Of a DNA stretch of 64,000 nucleotides, positions 62,291 through 64,000 are shown in pieces. The notes beneath the pieces are model-generated. The model saw nothing but the letters and a program-made list of their open reading frames with translations, was not told the origin of the DNA and did not search any database. The translations under genes were made by a program, and so were the position numbers. How positions within the stretch are numbered: position 1 is the stretch's first letter; every line of letters starts with the position of its first letter. The stretch is from Octopus bimaculoides. Lineage: Eukaryota. The stretch is taken from the NCBI RefSeq assembly GCF_001194135.2, contig NC_068997.1, positions 46,860,068 through 46,924,067 on the forward strand. Reading direction: 5' to 3'.

Positions 62291-62585
62291 AAAAGCGGTG
62301 AGCTGGCAGAAACGTTAGCACGCTGGACGAAATGAAAAGCAGGAGAGAGGGCTCGTATCTTTGGTGGTCAGGATAATCATGGATTCGTGGGGTTCCTTGA
62401 TTGGCCCCAGTTAGAGTTTCTCCTGATTCAGGAGGACTACATCATTTATGTTATCACATATTTTGTAAACTATGTTCGTTTTTATCGCATTTCACTGTAT
62501 TTTCCGTTTCTTTCTCCCCGTCCTTTATGTAAAATCCCTACACAAATTGTTGTCTGTTCTTGTGGTGTCCCCCCTCAATTATGCC
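62291..62585 (+). mobile_element. SINE A head (62291-62334) joined to a Tx1 LINE 3'UTR (62340-62585)
   Basis: AAAGCGGTGAGCTGGCAGAAACGTTAGCACGCTGGACGAAATG is followed by sequence homologous to 8608-8840 (GGTGGTCAGGATAATC...GTGGGGTTCCTTG..TTGGCCCCAGTTAGAGTTT). Confidence 0.85.
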
Positions 62586-62963
62586 TCTTCTATTTCTTCT
62601 TCTTCTTCTTCTTTTTTTCTTCTTCTTCGTCCTCCTTCCGTTGTATGTGTGGGCGCGTTGTCGAAGAAAAATAAACCTCTCGTAAGTATATTAAAATCGA
62701 TGTTGCTAATTGCGAGAAACAAATTTTTAATGATAAACAACAAAAAACAACAACAGCAACAACAACAACAATAAAAAGGACCATAAGGAGTGTGTGGCTG
62801 GGTGTGTGGGTGCCGAGGCTGGGAGGGAGAAAAATTCTTTGATATTTGGCAGATCTATTTTTCCGCAAATGTTTGGCATAGCTGTCTAAGGCGTAGTTCT
62901 TATGTTGCCAATTTAAGATAATCCGGAGAGTCTAAATACCAAATTTGTTAGATAAATAGAGAA

Positions 62964-62994
<31 letters not shown>

Positions 62995-63132
62995 ACATGC
63001 ATACATATTCACTTATATATACCTACTGTATATGTGTATGTATATATACATACACACACGTTTATACACATACATACACACACATATGTATATACGCACG
63101 TATACATGCATACGTATATATTTATACGTATG

Positions 63133-63168
<36 letters not shown>

Positions 63169-63169
63169 A

Positions 63170-63229
<60 letters not shown>

Positions 63230-63273
63230 CGCCTGTGTGAGTATAGAGTATTTAGTATATCTGTAAGTGTGTA

Positions 63274-63306
<33 letters not shown>

Positions 63307-63804
63307 GTATGCATGTATGTCTCTTTCTGTCTTGCACTCGTTATACATACATATGTACATACATACATACACACACATACACACACACACACACGCAGGC
63401 ACGTACAAATGCACTCACACGCGCGCGCGCACCACACACACACACACACACGTTTGCAGTAAGTAAAAACGTACACGCCATGCACTGTTGTTGTCGTTGC
63501 TGTTATTAGCTATCATCATCATCATCATCATCATTATTATTATTGTTCGTGTTCTTGTTTTTACTGTTGTTGCTGATGGTGTCGTCGTTCTCGTTGTTAC
63601 TATTGTTGTTGTTGTTGTCGTTGGCATTTCAATATATACAGCCTTATTAATGTTCATTAGACTGATGAAAGATATTAACTGAATAGAGACAGTCGTTAGA
63701 TGTTGACAAGATGGACACAGTCTGTAGTTACCGTGTGAATAAGACATGTCTTTAGATATTGCTTCGATGGACATCGTCTATAGCTGTTGACATAGTAATA
63801 TGGC

Positions 63805-63985
63805 CGCGGGTATGATCGTATGGTTGAGAAGTATGCTATGCAGCGCTGTGGTCTTGGGTTCGAAAAACCTTGTTGTGCATCACCTTTCGTCACGTGTCTG
63901 CTATCGTTATATCCGTGGCTTTCCTGAAGCTCGGCGTGTGAGAATTGCTTGAGGGAAAACTGTGTGAAACCTCATGAAGGGACGA
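63805..63985 (+). mobile_element. diverged SINE family B-like copy
   Basis: GGTATGATCGTATGGTTGAGAAG...GGGTTCGAAA...GGAAAACTGTGTGAAACCTCATG. Confidence 0.5.
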
Positions 63986-64000
63986 TTCTTATATATATAT

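Overview
Repeat-dense, AT-rich eukaryotic scaffold with many N-gaps, most of them next to microsatellites. The repeat repertoire (abundant tRNA-derived SINEs, mollusc-type 5S fragment, very dense di-, tri- and tetranucleotide microsatellites) suggests a cephalopod, probably Octopus; this is an inference and was not database-checked. No intact or recognisable host gene is visible, and nearly all long ORFs in the track are microsatellite or N-gap artefacts. What can be supported is a set of decayed transposons: at least three recurrent SINE families (here A, B, C), Penelope-like retroelement relics (two inverted-arm 'hairpin' insertions and two RT fragments), RTE and Tx1/L1 LINE 3' ends, a Gypsy gag-protease remnant, a hAT C-terminus, Tc1/mariner elements (DD34D mariner, DD34E Tc1, DD41D rosa-type, pogo/Tigger, mariner MITEs), palindromic MITEs, a truncated 5S rRNA copy and a lone tRNA-like unit. 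A few short splice-site-bounded exon candidates are reported at low confidence, including a minus-strand chain ending in a GPI-signal-like tail. All coordinates, alignments and translations were done by eye and are approximate unless stated as exact. Family assignments rest on recalled consensus motifs.
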